64,000 nt of DNA, from NCBI RefSeq assembly GCF_009914755.1, contig NC_060943.1, one strand, 5' to 3'. Source of the DNA: the human T2T-CHM13v2.0 reference genome, Homo sapiens. The notes below the pieces were generated by a model. That model did no database searches, was not told the origin of the DNA, and was given only the letters and a program-made list of their open reading frames with translations. The position numbers and the translations under genes were made by a program. This document shows, piece after piece, positions 1 to 14,020 of this stretch; the stretch's first letter is position 1, and every line of letters begins with the position of its first letter.

Positions 1-811
1 CAGAATGATTCTCAGAAACTCCTTTGTGATATGTGCGTTCAACTCACAGAGTTTAACCTTTCTTTTCATAGAGCAGTTAGGAAACACTCTGTTTGTAAAA
101 TCTGCATGTGGATATTTGGACTTCTTTGAGGCCTTCGTTGGAAACGGGTTTTTTTCATGTAAGGCTAGACAGAAGAATTCTCAGTAACTTCCTTGTGTTG
201 TGTGTATTCAACTGACAGAGTTGAACTTTCATTTAGAGAGAGCAGATTTGTAACACTGTTTTTGTGGAATTTGCAAGTGGAGATTTCAAGCGCTTTGGGG
301 CCAAAGGCAGAAAAGGAAATATCTTCGTATAAAAACTAGACAGAATCATTATCAGAAAATCCTCTGTGATGTGTGCGTTCAACTCTCAGAGTTTAACTTT
401 TCTTTTCATTCAGCAGTTTGGAAACACTCTGTTTGTAAAGTCTGCACGTGGATATTTTGACCACTTAGAGGCCTTCGTTGGAAACGGGTTTTTTCATGTA
501 AGGGTAGACAGAAGAATTCCCAGTAACTTCCTTGTGTTGTGTGCATTCAACTCACAGAGTTGAACGTTCCCTTAGGCAGAGCAGATTTGAAACACTCTAT
601 TTGTGCAATTTGCAAGTGTAGATTTCAAGCGCTTTAAGGTCAACGGCAGAAAAGGAAATATCTTCGTTTCAAAACTAGACAGAATCATTCCCACAAACTG
701 CGTTGTGATGTATTCGTTCAACTCACAGAGTTTAACCTTTCTGTTCATAGAGCAGTTAGGAAACACTCTGTTTGTAAAGTCTGCAAGTGGATATTCAGAC
801 CTCCTTGAGGC

Positions 812-828
812 CTTCGTTGGAAACGGGA
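812..828 (+). promoter_or_regulatory. CENP-B box (representative canonical copy; one box position per dimer from 133 to ~63722)
   Basis: CTTCGTTGGAAACGGGA matches the 17-bp CENP-B box with the core nTTCGnnnnAnnCGGGn. It recurs every ~340 bp. Confidence 0.97.
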
Positions 829-2999
829 TTTCTTCATATTCTGCTAGACAGAAGAATTCTCAGTAACTTCCTTGTGTTGTGTGTATTCAACTCAGAGAGT
901 TGAACGATCCTTTACACAGAGCAGACTTGAAACACTCTTTTTGTGGAATTTGCAAGTGGAGATTTCAGCCGCTTTTAGGTCAATGGTAGAAAAGGGAATA
1001 TCTTCGTATAGAAACTAGACAGAATGATTCTCAGAAACTCCTTTGTGATGTGTGCGTTCAACTCACAGAGTTTAACCTTTCTTTTCATAGAGCAGTTAGG
1101 AAACACTCTGTTTGTAAAGTCTGCACGTGGATATTTGGACTTCTTTGAGGCCTTCGTTGGCAACGGGGTTTTTTCATGTAAGGCTAGACAGAAGAATTCT
1201 CAGTAACTTCCTTGTGTTGTGTGTTTTCAACTGACAGAGTTGAACTTTCATTTAGAGAGAGCAGATTTGTAACACTGTTTTTGTGGAATTTGCAAGTGGA
1301 GATTTCAAGCGCTTTGGGGCCAAAGGCAAAAAAGGAAATATCTTCGTATAAAAACTAGACAGAATCATTCTCAGAAAATGCTCTGTGATGTGTGCGTTCA
1401 ACTCTCAGAGTTTAACTTTTCTTTTCATTCAGCAGTTTGGAAACACTCTGTTTGTAAAGTCTGCACGTGGATATTTTGACCACTTAGAGGCCTTCTTTGG
1501 AAACGGGTTTTTTACATGTAAGGGTAGACAGAAGAATTCCCAGTAACTTCCTTGTGTTGTGTGCATTCAACTCACAGAGTTGAACGTTCCCTTAGACAGA
1601 GCAGATTTGGAACACTCTATTTGTGCAATTTGCAAGTGTAGATTTCAAGCGCTTTAAGGTCAACGGCAGAAAAGGATATATCTTCGTTTCAAAACTAGAC
1701 AGAATCATTCCCACAAACTACGTTGTGATGTGTTCGTTTAACTCACAGAGTTTAACCTTTCTGTTCATAGAGCAGTTAGGAAACACTCTGTTTGTAAAGT
1801 CTGCAAGTGAATATTCAGACCTCCTTGAGGCCTTCGTTGGAAACGGGATTTCTTCATATTCTGCTAGACCGAAGAATTCTCAGCAACTTCCTTGTGTTGT
1901 GTGTATTCAACTCACGGAGTTGAACGATCCTTTACACAGAGCAGACTTGAAACACTCTTTTTGTGGAATTTGTAAGTGGAGATTTCAGCCGCTTTGAGGT
2001 TAATGGTAGAAAATGAAATATCTTCGTATAGAAACTAGACAGAATGATTCTCAGAAACTCCTTTGTGATGTGTGCGTTCAACTCACAGAGTTTAACCTTT
2101 GTTTTCATAGAGCAGTTAGGAAACACTCTGTTTGTAAAGTCTGCAAGTGGATATTCAGACCTCTTTGAGGCCTTCGTTGGAAACGGGATTTCTTCATATA
2201 CTGCTAGACAGAAGAATTCTCAGTAACTTCCTTGTGTTGTGTGTATTCAACTCAGAGAGTTGAACGATCCTTTACACAGGGCAGACTTGAAACACTCTTT
2301 TTGTGGAATTTGCAAGTGGAGATTTCAGCCTCTTTGAGGTTAATGGTAGAAAATGAAATATCTTCGTATAGAAACTAGACAGAATGATTCTCAGAAACTC
2401 CTTTGTGATGTGTGCGTTCAAGTCGCAGAGTTTAACCTTTCTTTTCTTGGAGCAGTTAGGAAACACTCTGTTTGTAAAGTCTGCAAGTGGATATTCAGCC
2501 CTCTTTGAGGCCTTCGTTGGAAACGGGATTTCTTCATATTCTGCTAGACAGAAGAATTCTCAGTATCTTCCTTGTGTTGTGTGTATTCAACTCACAGAGT
2601 TGAACGATCCTTTACACAGAGCAGACTTGAAACACTCTTTTTGTGGAATTTGCAAGTGGAGATTTCAGCCGCTTTGAGGTCAATGGTAGAAAAGGGAATA
2701 TCTTCGTATAGAAACTAGACAGAATGATTCTCAGAAACTCCTTTGTGATGTGTGCGTTCAACTCACAGAGTTTAACCTTTCTTTTCATAGAGCAGTGAGG
2801 AAACACTCTGTTTGTAAAGTCTGCACGTTGATATTTGGACTTATTTGAGGCCTTCGTTGGAAACGGGATTTTTTCATGTAAGGCTAGACAGAAGAATTCT
2901 CAGTAACTTCCTTGTGTTGTGTGTATTCAACTGACAGAGTTGAACTTTCATTTAGAGAGAGCAGTTTTGTAACACTGTTTTTGTGGAATTTGCAAGTGG

Positions 3000-5900
3000 A
3001 GATTTCAAGCGCTTTGGGGCCAAAGGCAGAAAAGGAAATATCTTCGAATAAAAACTAGACAGAATCATTCTCAGAAAATCCTCTGTGATGTGTGCGTTCA
3101 ACTCTCAGAGTTTAACTTTTCTTTTCATTCAGCAGTTTGGAAACACTCTGTTTGTAAAGTCTGCACGTGGATATTTTGACCACTTAGAGGCCTTCGTTGG
3201 AAACGGGTTTTTTTCATGTAAGGGTAGACAGAAGAATTCCCAGTAACTTCCTTGTGTTGTGTGCATTCAACTCACAGAGTTGAACGTTCCCTTAGACAGA
3301 GCAGATTTGAAACACTCTATTTGTGTAATTTGCAAGTGTACATTTCAAGCGCTTTAAGGTCAACGGCAGAAAAGGAAATATCTTCGTTTCAAAACTAGAC
3401 AGAATCATTCCCACAAACTGCGTTGTGATGTGTTCGTTCAACTCACAGAGTTTAACCTTTCTGTTCATAGAGCAGTTAGGAAACACTCTGTTTGTAAAGT
3501 CTGCAAGTGGATATTCAGACCTCCTTGAGGCCTTCGTTGGAAACGGGATTTCTTCATATTCTGCTAGACAGAAGAATTCTCAGTAACTTCCTTGTGTTGT
3601 GTGTATTCAACTCACAGAGTTGAACGATCCTTTACACAGAGCAGACTTGAAACACTCTTTTTGTGGAATATGCAAGTGGAGATTTCAGCCGCTTTGAGGT
3701 TAATGGTAGAAAATGAAATATCTTCGTATAGAAATTAGAAAGAATGATTCTCAGAAACTCCTTTGTGATGTGTGCGTTCAACTCACAGAGTTTAACCTTT
3801 CTTTTCATAGAGCAGTTAGGAAACACTCTGTTTGTAAAGTCTGCAAGTGGATATTCAGACCTCTTTGAGGCCTTCGATGGAAACGGGATTTCTTCATATT
3901 CTGCTAGACAGAAGAATTCTCAGTAACTTCCTTGTGTTGTGTGTATTCAACTCACAGTGTTGAACGATCCTTTACACAGGGCAGACTTGAAACACTCTTT
4001 TTGTGGAATTTGCAAGTGGAGATTTCAGCCTCTTTGAGGTTAATGGTAGAAAATGAAATATCTTCGTATAGAAACTAGACAGAATGATTCTCAGAAACTC
4101 CTTTGTAATGTGTGCGTTCAAGTCACAGAGTTTAACCTTTCTTTTCATAGAGCAGTTAGGAAACACTCTGTTTGTAAAGTCTGCAAGTGGATATTCAGAC
4201 CTCTTTGAGGCCTTCGTTGGAAACGGGATTTCTTCATATTCTGCTAGACAGAAGAATTCTCAGTAACTTCCTTGTGTTGTGTGTATTCAACTCACAGAGT
4301 TGAACGATCCTTTACACAGAGTAGACTTGAAACACTCTTTTTGTGGAATTTGCAAGTGGAGATTTCAGCCGCTTTGAGGTCAATGGTAGAAAAGGGAATA
4401 TCTTCGTATAGAAACTAGTCACAATGATTCTCAGAAACTCCTTTGTGATGTGTGCGTTCAACTCACAGAGTTTAACCTTTCTTTTCATAGAGCAGTTAGG
4501 AAACACTCTGTTTGTAAAGTCTGCACGTGGATATTTGGACTTCTTTGAGGCCTTCGTTGGAAACGGGTTTTTTTCATGTAAGGCTAGACAGAAGAATTCT
4601 CAGTAACTTCCTTGTGTTGTGTGTATTCAACTGACAGAGTTGAACTTTCATTTAGAGAGAGCAGATTTGTAACACTGTTTTTGTGGAATTTGCAAGTGGA
4701 GATTTCAAACGCTTTGGGGCCAAAGGCAGAAAAGGAAATATCTTCGTATAAAAACTAGACAGAATCATTCTCAGAAAATCCTCTGTGATGTGTGCGTTCA
4801 ACTCTCAGAGTTTAACTTTTCTTTTCATTCAGCAGTTTGGAAACACTCTGTTTGTAAAGTCTGCACGTGGATATTTTGACCACTTAGAGGCCTTCGTTGG
4901 AAACGGGTTTTTTTCATGTAAGTGTAGACAGAAGAATTCCCAGTAACTTCCTTGTGTTGTGTGCATTCAACTCACAGAGTTGAACGTTCCCTTAGACAGA
5001 GCAGATTTGAAACAGTCTATTTGTGTAATTTGCAAGTGTAGATTTCAAGCGCTTTAAGGTCAACGGCAGAAAAGGAAATATCTTCGTTTCAAAACTAGAC
5101 AGAATCATTCCCACAAACTGCGTTGTGATGTGTTCGTTCAACTCACAGAGTTTAACCTTTCTGTTCATAGAGCAGTTAGGAAACACTCTGTTTGTAAAGT
5201 CTGCAAGTGGATATTCAGACCTCCTTGAGGCCTTCGTTGGAAACGGGATTTCTTCATATTCTGCTAGACAGAAGAATTCTCAGTAACTTCCTTGTGTTGT
5301 GTGTATTCAACTCACAGAGTTGAACGATCCTTTACACAGAGCAGACTTGAAACACTCTTTTTGTGGAATTTGCAAGTGGAGATTTCAGCCGCTTTGAGGT
5401 TAATGGTAGAAAATGAAATATCTTCGTATAGAAATTAGAAAGAATGATTCTCAGAAACTCCTTTGTGATGTGTGCGTTCAACTCACAGAGTTTAACCTTT
5501 CTTTTCATAGAGCAGTTAGGAAACACTCTGTTTGTAAAGTCTGCAAGTGGATATTCAGACCTCTTTGAGGCCTTCGATGGAAACGGGATTTCTTCATATT
5601 CTGCTAGACAGAAGAATTCTCAGTAACTTCCTTGTGTTGTGTGTATTCAACTCACAGAGTTGAACGATCCTTTACACAGGGCAGACTTGAAACACTCTTT
5701 TTGTGGAATTTGCAAGTGGAGATTTCAGCCTCTTTGAGGTTAATGGTAGAAAATGAAATATCTTCCTATAGAAACTAGACAGAATGATTCTCAGAAACTC
5801 CTTTGTGATGTCTGCGTTCAAGTCACAGAGTTTAACCTTTCTTTTCATACAGCAGTTAGGAAACACTCTGTTTGTAAAGTCTGCAAGTGGATATTCAGAC

Positions 5901-6400
5901 CTCTTTGTGGCCTTCGTTGGAAACGGGATTTCTTCATATTCTGCTAGACAGAAGAATTCTCAGTAACTTCCTTGTGTTGTGTGTATTCAACTCACAGAGT
6001 TGAACGATCCTTTACACAGAGCAGACTTGAAACACTCTTTTTGTGGAATTTGCAAGTGGAGATTTCAGCCGCTTTGAGGTCAATGGTAGAAAAGGGAATA
6101 TCTTCGTATAGAAACTAGACAGAATGATTCCCAGAAACTCCTTTGTGATGTGTGCGTTCAACTCACAGAGTTTAACCTTTCTTTTCATAGAGCAGTTAGG
6201 AAACACTCTGTTTGTAAAGTCTGCACGTGGATATTTGGACTTCTTTGAGGCCTTCGTTGGAAACGGGGTTTTTTCATGTAAGGCTAGACAGAAGAATTCT
6301 CAGTAACTTCCTTGTGTTGTGTGTATTCAACTGACAGAGTTGAACTTTCATTTAGAGAGAGCAGATTTGTAACACTGTTTTTGTGGAATTTGCAAGTGGA
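3000..6400 (+). repeat. Tandem 10-mer (1700-bp) duplication
   Basis: Private variants at +1700: TTGTGTAATT (3321/5021), GAAATTAGAA (3731/5431), CCTTCGATGG (3871/5571). Boundaries approximate. Confidence 0.82.
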
Positions 6401-8460
6401 GATTTCATGCGCTTTGGGGCCAAAGGCAGAAAAGGAAATATCTTCGTATAAAAACTAGACAGAATCATTCTCAGAAAATGCTCTGTGATGTGTGCGTTCA
6501 ACTCTCAGAGTTTAACTTTTCTTTTCATTCAGCAGTTTGGAAACACTCTGTTTGTAAAGTCTGCACGTGGATATTTTGACCACTTAGAGGCCTTCGTTGG
6601 AAACGGGTTTTTTTCATGTAAGGGTAGACAGAAGAATTCCCAGTAACTTCCTTGTGTTGTGTGCATTCAACTCACAGAGTTGAACGTTCCCTTAGACAGA
6701 GCAGATTTGAAACACTCTATTTGTGCAATTTGCAAGTGTAGATTTCAAGCGCTTTAAGGTCAACGGCAGAAAAGGGAATATCTTCGTTTCAAAACTAGAC
6801 AGAATCATTCCCACAAACTGCGTTGTGATGTGTTCGTTCAACTCACAGAGTTTAACCTTTCTGTTCATAGAACAGTTAGGAAACACTCTGTTTGTAAAGT
6901 CTGCAAGTGGATATTCAGACCTCCTTGAGGCCTTCGTTGGAAACGGGATTTCTTCATATTCTGCTAGACCGAAGAATTCTCAGTAACTTCCTTGTGTTGT
7001 GTGTATTCAACTCACAGAGTTGAACGATCCTTTACACAAAGCAGACTTGAAACACTCTTTATGTGGAATTTGCAAGTGGAGATTTCAGCCGCTTTGAGGT
7101 TAATGGTAGAAAATGAAATGTCTTCGTATAGAAACTAGACAGAATGATTCTCAGAAACTCCTTTGTGATGTGTGCGTTCAACTCACAGAGTTTAACCTTT
7201 CTTTTCATAGAGCAGTTAGGAAACACTCTGTTTGTAAAGTCTGCAAGTGGATATTCAGACCTCTTTGAGGCCTTCGTTGGAAACGGGATTTCTTCATATT
7301 CTGCTAGACAGAAGAATTCTCAGAAACTTCCTTGTGTTGTGTGCATTCAACTCACAGAGTTGAACGATCCGTTACACAGTGCAGACTTGAAACACTCTTT
7401 TTGTGGAATTTGCAAGGGGAGATTTCAGCCGCTTTGAGGTCAATGGTAGTAAAGGAAATATCTTCGTATAAAAACTAGACAGAATGATTCTCACAAACTC
7501 CTTTGTGATCTGTGCGTTCAACTCACAGAGTTTAACCTTTCTTTTCATAGAGCAGTTAGGAAACACTCTGTTTGTAAAGTCTGCACGTGGATATTTGGAC
7601 TTCTTTGAGGCCTTCGTTGGAAACGGGTTTTTTTCATGTAAGGCTAGACAGAAGAATTCTCAGTAACTTCCTTGTGTTGTGTGTATTCAACTGACAGAGT
7701 TGAACTTTCATTTAGAGAGAGCAGATTTGTAACACTGTTTTTGTGGAATTTGCAAGTGGAGATTTCAAGCGCTTTGGGGCCAAAGGCAGAAAAGGAAATA
7801 TCTTCGTATAAAAACTAGACAGAATCATTCTCAGAAACTGCTCTGTGATGTGTGCGTTCAACTCTCAGAGTTTAACTTTTCTTTTCATTCAGCAGTTTGG
7901 AAACACTCTGTTTGTAAATTCTGCACGTGGATATTTTGACCACTTAGAGGCCTTCGTTGGAAACGGGTTTTTTTCATGTAAGGGTAGACAGAAGAATTCC
8001 CAGTAACTTCCTTGTGTTGTGTGCATTCAACTCACAGAGTTGAACGTTCCCTTGAACAGAGCAGATTTGAAACTCTCTATTTGTGCAATTTGCAAGTGTA
8101 GATTTCAAGCGCTTTAAGGTCAATGGCAGAAAAGGAAATATCTTCGTTTCAAAAGTAGACAGAATCATTCCCACAAACTGCGTTGTGATGTGTTCGTTCA
8201 ACTCACAGAGTTTAACCTTTCTGTTCATAGAGCAGTTAGGAAACACTCTGTTTGTAAAGTCTGCAAGTGGATATTCAGACCTCCTAGAGGCCTTCGTTGG
8301 AAACGGGATTTCTTCATATTCTGCTAGACAGAAGAATTCTCAGTAACTTCCTTGTGTTGTGTGTATTCAACTCACAGAGTTGAACGATCCTTTACACAGA
8401 GCAGACTTGAAACACTCTTTTTGTGGAATTTGCAAGTGGAGATTTCAGCCGCTTTGAGGT

Positions 8461-8477
8461 CAATGGTAGAAAAGGAA
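8461..8477 (+). other. A-box (pJalpha-site equivalent) of A-type monomer, representative copy
   Basis: CAATGGTAGAAAAGGAA occupies the same monomer position (after TTTGAGG) as the CENP-B box in the alternate monomers. Confidence 0.7.
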
Positions 8478-11400
8478 ATATCTTCGTATAAAAACTAGAC
8501 AGAATGATTCTCAGAAACTCCTTTGTGATGTGTGCATTCAACTTACAGAGTTTAACCTTTCTTTTCATAGAGCAGTTAGGAAACACTCTGTTTGTAACGT
8601 CTGCAAGTGGATATTCAGACCTCTTTGAGGCCTTCGTTGGAAACGGGATTTCTTAATATTATGCTAGACAGAAGAATTCTCAGAAACTTCCTTGTGTTGT
8701 GTGTATTCAACTCACAGAGTTGAACGATCCTTTACACAGGGCAGACTTGAAACACTCTCTTTGTGGAATTTGCAAGTGGAAATTTCAGCCGCTTTGAGGT
8801 CAATGGTAGAAAAGGAAATATCTTCGTATAAAAACTAGACAGAATGATTCTCAGAAACTCCTTTGTGATGTGTGCGTTCAAGTCACAGAGTTTAACCTTT
8901 CTTTTCATAGAGCAGTTAGGAAACACTCTGTTTGTAAAGTCTGCAAGTGGATATTCAGACCTCTTTGAGGCCTTCGTTGGAAACGGGATTTCTTCATATT
9001 CTGCTAGACAGAAGAATTCTCAGTAACTTCCTTGTGTTGTGTGTATTCAACTCAGAGAGTTGAACGATCCTTTACACAGGGCAGACTTGAAACACTCTTT
9101 TTGTGGAATTTGCAAGTGGAGATTTCAGCCTCTTTGAGGTTAATGGTAGAAAATGAAATATCTTCGTATAGAAACTAGACAGAATGATTCTCAGAAACTC
9201 CTTTGTGATGTGTGCGTTCAAGTCAAAGAGTTTAACCTTTCTTTTCATAGAGCAGTTAGGAAACACTCTGTTTGTAAAGTCTGCAAGTGGATATTCAGAC
9301 CTCTTTGAGGCCTTCGTTGGAAACGGGATTTCTTCATATTCTGCTAGACAGAAGAATTCTCAGAAACTTCCTTGTGTTGTGTGTATTCACCTCACAGAGT
9401 TGAACGATCCTTTACACAGTGCAGACTTGAAACACTCTTTTTGTGGAATTTGCAAGTGGAGATTTCAGCCGCTTTGAGGTCAACGGTAGAAAAGGAAATA
9501 TCTTCGTATAAAAACTAGACAGAATGATTCTCAGAAACTCCTTTGTGATGTGTGCGTTCAACTCACAGAGTTTAACCTTTCTTTTCATAGAGCAGTTAGG
9601 AAACACTGTGTTTGTAAAGTCTGCAAGTGGATAATCAGACCTCTTTGAGGCCTTCGTTGGAAACGGGATTTCTTCATATTCTGCAAGACACAAGAATTCT
9701 CAGTAACTTCCTTGTGTTGTGTGTATTCAACTCGCAGAGTTGAACGATCCTTTACACAGGGCAGACTTGAAACACTCTTTTTGTGGAATTTGGAAGTGGA
9801 GATTTCAGCCTCTTTGAGGTTAATGTTAGAAAATATAATATCTTCGTATAGAAACTAGACAGAATGATTCTCAGAAACTCCTTTGTGATGTGTGCGTTCA
9901 ACTCACAGAGTTTAACCTTTCTTTTCATAGAGCAGTTAGGAAACACTCTGTTTGTAAAGTCTGCACGTGGATATTTGGACTTCTTTGAGGCCTTCGTTGG
10001 AAACGGGTTTTTTTCATGTAAGGCTAGACAGAAGAATTCTCAGTAACTTCCTTGTGTTGTGTGTATTCAACTGACAGAGTTGAACTTTCATTTAGAGAGA
10101 GCAGATTTGTAACACTGTTTTTGTGGAATTTGCAAGTGGAGATTTCAAGAGCTTTGGGGCCAAAGGCAGAAAAGGAAATATCTTCGTATAAAAACTAGAC
10201 AGAATCATTCTCAGAAAATGCTCTGTGATGTGTGCGTTCAACTCTCAGAGTTTAACTTTTCTTTTCATTCAGCAGTTTGGAAACACTCTGTTTGTAAAGT
10301 CTGCACGTGGATATTTTGACCACTTAGAGGCCTTCGTTGGAAACGGGTTTTTTTCATGTAAGGGTAGACAGAAGAATTCCCAGTAACTTCCTTGTGTTGT
10401 GTGCATTCAACTCACAGAGTTGAACGTTCCCTTAGACAGAGCAGATTTGAAACACTCTATTTGTGCAATTTGCAAGTATAGATTTCAAGCGCTTTAAGGT
10501 CAACGGCAGAAAAGGAAATATCTTCGTTTCAAAACTAGACAGAATCATTCCCACAAACTGCGTTGTGATGTGTTCGTTCAACTCACAGAGTTTAACCTTT
10601 CTGTTCATAGAGCAGTTAGGAAACACTCTATTTGTAAAGTCTGCAAGTGGATATTCAGACCTCCTTGAGGCCTTCGTTGGAAACGGGATTTCTTCATATT
10701 CTGCTAGACAGAAGAATTCTGAGTATCTTCCTTGTGTTGTGTGTATTCAACTCACAGAGTTGAACGATCCTTTACACAGAGCAGACTTGAAACACTCTTT
10801 TTGTGGAATTTGCAAGTGGAGATTTCAGCCGCTTTGAGGTCAATGGTAGAAAAGGGAATATCTTCGTATAGAAACTAGACAGAATGATTCTCAGAAACTC
10901 CTTTGTGATGTGTGCGTTCAACTCACAGAGTTTAACCTTTCTTTTCATAGAGCAGTTAGGAAACACTCTGTTTGTAAAGTCTGCATGTGGATATTTGGAC
11001 TTCTTTGAGGCCTTCGTTGGAAACGGGTTTTTTTCATGTAAGGCTAGACAGAAGAATTCTCAGTAACTTCCTTGTGTTGTGTGTATTCAACTGACAGAGT
11101 TGAACTTTCATTTAGAGAGAGCAGATTTGTAACACTGTTTTTGTGGAATTTGCAAGTGGAGATTTCCAGCGCTTTGGGGCCAAAGGCAGAAAAGGAAATA
11201 TCTTCGTATAAAAACTAGACAGAATCATTCTCAGAAAATCCTCTGTGATGTGTGCGTTCAACTCTCAGAGTTTAACTTTTCTTTTCATTCAGCAGTTTGG
11301 AAACACTCTGTTTGTAAAGTCTGCACGTGGATATTTTGACCACTTAGAGGCCTTCGTTGGAAACGGGTTTTTTCATGTAAGGGTAGACAGAAGAATTCCC

Positions 11401-11980
11401 AGTAACTTCCTTGTGTTGTGTGCATTCAACTCACAGAGTTGAACGTTCCCTTAGGCAGAGCAGATTTGAAACACTCTATTTGTGCAATTTGCAAGTGTAG
11501 ATTTCAAGCGCTTTAAGGTCAACGGCAGAAAAGGAAATATCTTCGTTTCAAAACTAGACAGAATCATTCCCACAAACTGCGTTGTGATGTGTTCGTTCAA
11601 CTCACAGAGTTTAACCTTTCTGTTCATAGAGCAGTTAGGAAACACTCTGTTTGTAAAGTATGCAAGTGGATATTCAGACCTCCTTGAGGCCTTCGTTGGA
11701 AACGGGATTTCTTCATATTCTGCTAGACCGAAGAATTCTCAGTAACTTCCTTGTGTTGTGTGTATTCAACTCACAGAGTTGAACGATCCTTTACACAGAG
11801 CAGACTTGAAACACTCTTTTTGTGGAATTTGCAAGTGGAGATTTCAGCCGCTTTGAGGTCAATGGTAGAAAAGGGAATATCTTCGTATAGAAACTAGACA
11901 GAATGATTCTCAGAAACTCCTTTGTGATGTGTGCGTTCAACTCACAGAGTTTAACCTTTCTTTTCATAGAGCAGTTAGGA

Positions 11981-14020
11981 AACACTCTGTTTGTAAAGTC
12001 TGCACGTGGATATTTGGACTTCTTTGAGGCCTTCGTTGGCAACGGGGTTTTTTCATGTAAGGCTAGACAGAAGAATTCTCAGTAACTTCCTTGTGTTGTG
12101 TGTTTTCAACTGACAGAGTTGAACTTTCATTTAGAGAGAGCAGATTTGTAACACTGTTTTTGTGGAATTTGCAAGTGGAGATTTCAAGAGCTTTGGGGCC
12201 AAAGGCGGAAAAGGAAATATCTTCGTATAAAAACTAGACAGAATCATTCTCAGAAAATGCTCTGTGATGTGTGCGTTCAACTCTCAGAGTTTAACTTTTC
12301 TTTTCATTCAGCAGTTTGGAAACACTCTGTTTGTAAAGTCTGCACGTGGATATTTTGACCACTTAGAGGCCTTCGTTGGAAACGGGTTTTTTTCATGTAA
12401 GGGTAGACAGAAGAATTCCCAGTAACTTCCTTGTGTTGTGTGCATTCAACTCACAGAGTTGAACGTTCCCTTAGACAGAGCAGATTTGGAACACTCTATT
12501 TGTGCAATTTGCAAGTGTAGATTTCAAGCGCTTTAAGGTCAACGGCAGAAAAGGAAATATCTTCGTTTCAAAACTAGACAGAATCATTCCCACAAACTGC
12601 GTTGTGATGTGTTCGTTCAACTCACAGAGTTTAACCTTTCTGTTCATAGAGCAGTTAGGAAACACTCTGTTTGTAAAGTCTGCAAGTGAATATTCAGACC
12701 TCCTTGAGGCCTTCGTTGGAAACGGGATTTCTTCATATTCTGCTAGACCGAAGAATTCTCAGCAACTTCCTTGTGTTGTGTGTATTCAACTCACGGAGTT
12801 GAACGATCCTTTACACAGAGCAGACTTGAAACACTCTTTTTGTGGAATTTGTAAGTGGAGATTTCAGCCGCTTTGAGGTTAATGGTAGAAAATGAAATAT
12901 CTTCGTATAGAAACTAGACAGAATGATTCTCAGAAACTCCTTTGTGATGTGTGCGTTCAACTCACAGAGTTTAACCTTTGTTTTCATAGAGCAGTTAGGA
13001 AACACTCTGTTTGTAAAGTCTGCACGTGGATATTTGGACTTCTTTGAGGCCTTCGTTGGCAACGGGGTTTTTTCATGTAAGGCTAGACAGAAGAATTCTC
13101 AGTAACTTCCTTGTGTTGTGTGTTTTCAACTGACAGAGTTGAACTTTCATTTAGAGAGAGCAGATTTGTAACACTGTTTTTGTGGAATTTGCAAGTGGAG
13201 ATTTCAAGAGCTTTGGGGCCAAAGGCAGAAAAGGAAATATCTTCGTATAAAAACTAGACAGAATCATTCTCAGAAAATGCTCTGTGATGTGTGCGTTCAA
13301 CTCTCAGAGTTTAACTTTTCTTTTCATTCAGCAGTTTGGAAACACTCTGTTTGTAAAGTCTGCACGTGGATATTTTGACCACTTAGAGGCCTTCGTTGGA
13401 AACGGGTTTTTTTCATGTAAGGGTAGACAGAAGAATTCCCAGTAACTTCCTTGTGTTGTGTGCATTCAACTCACAGAGTTGAACGTTCCCTTAGACAGAG
13501 CAGATTTGGAACACTCTATTTGTGCAATTTGCAAGTGTAGATTTCAAGCGCTTTAAGGTCAACGGCAGAAAAGGAAATATCTTCGTTTCAAAACTAGACA
13601 GAATCATTCCCACAAACTGCGTTGTGATGTGTTCGTTCAACTCACAGAGTTTAACCTTTCTGTTCATAGAGCAGTTAGGAAACACTCTGTTTGTAAAGTC
13701 TGCAAGTGAATATTCAGACCTCCTTGAGGCCTTCGTTGGAAACGGGATTTCTTCATATTCTGCTAGACCGAAGAATTCTCAGCAACTTCCTTGTGTTGTG
13801 TGTATTCAACTCACGGAGTTGAACGATCCTTTACACAGAGCAGACTTGAAACACTCTTTTTGTGGAATTTGTAAGTGGAGATTTCAGCCGCTTTGAGGTT
13901 AATGGTAGAAAATGAAATATCTTCGTATAGAAACTAGACAGAATGATTCTCAGAAACTCCTTTGTGATGTGTGCGTTCAACTCACAGAGTTTAACCTTTG
14001 TTTTCATAGAGCAGTTAGGA
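11981..14020 (+). repeat. Tandem duplication of one hexamer (1020 bp)
   Basis: Private variants repeat at +1020: TTGGCAACGGGG (12031/13051), GATTTGGAAC, AAGTGAATA, CAGCAAC, CACGGAG, CCTTTGTTTT. Confidence 0.9.

Noticed and set aside
3872-3888. Box variants CTTCGATGG, TTTCGTTGG, GGAAGCGGG, GGAGACGGG counted as broken CENP-B boxes
   Set aside because: The changes fall outside the nine core positions, so these boxes were treated as intact.
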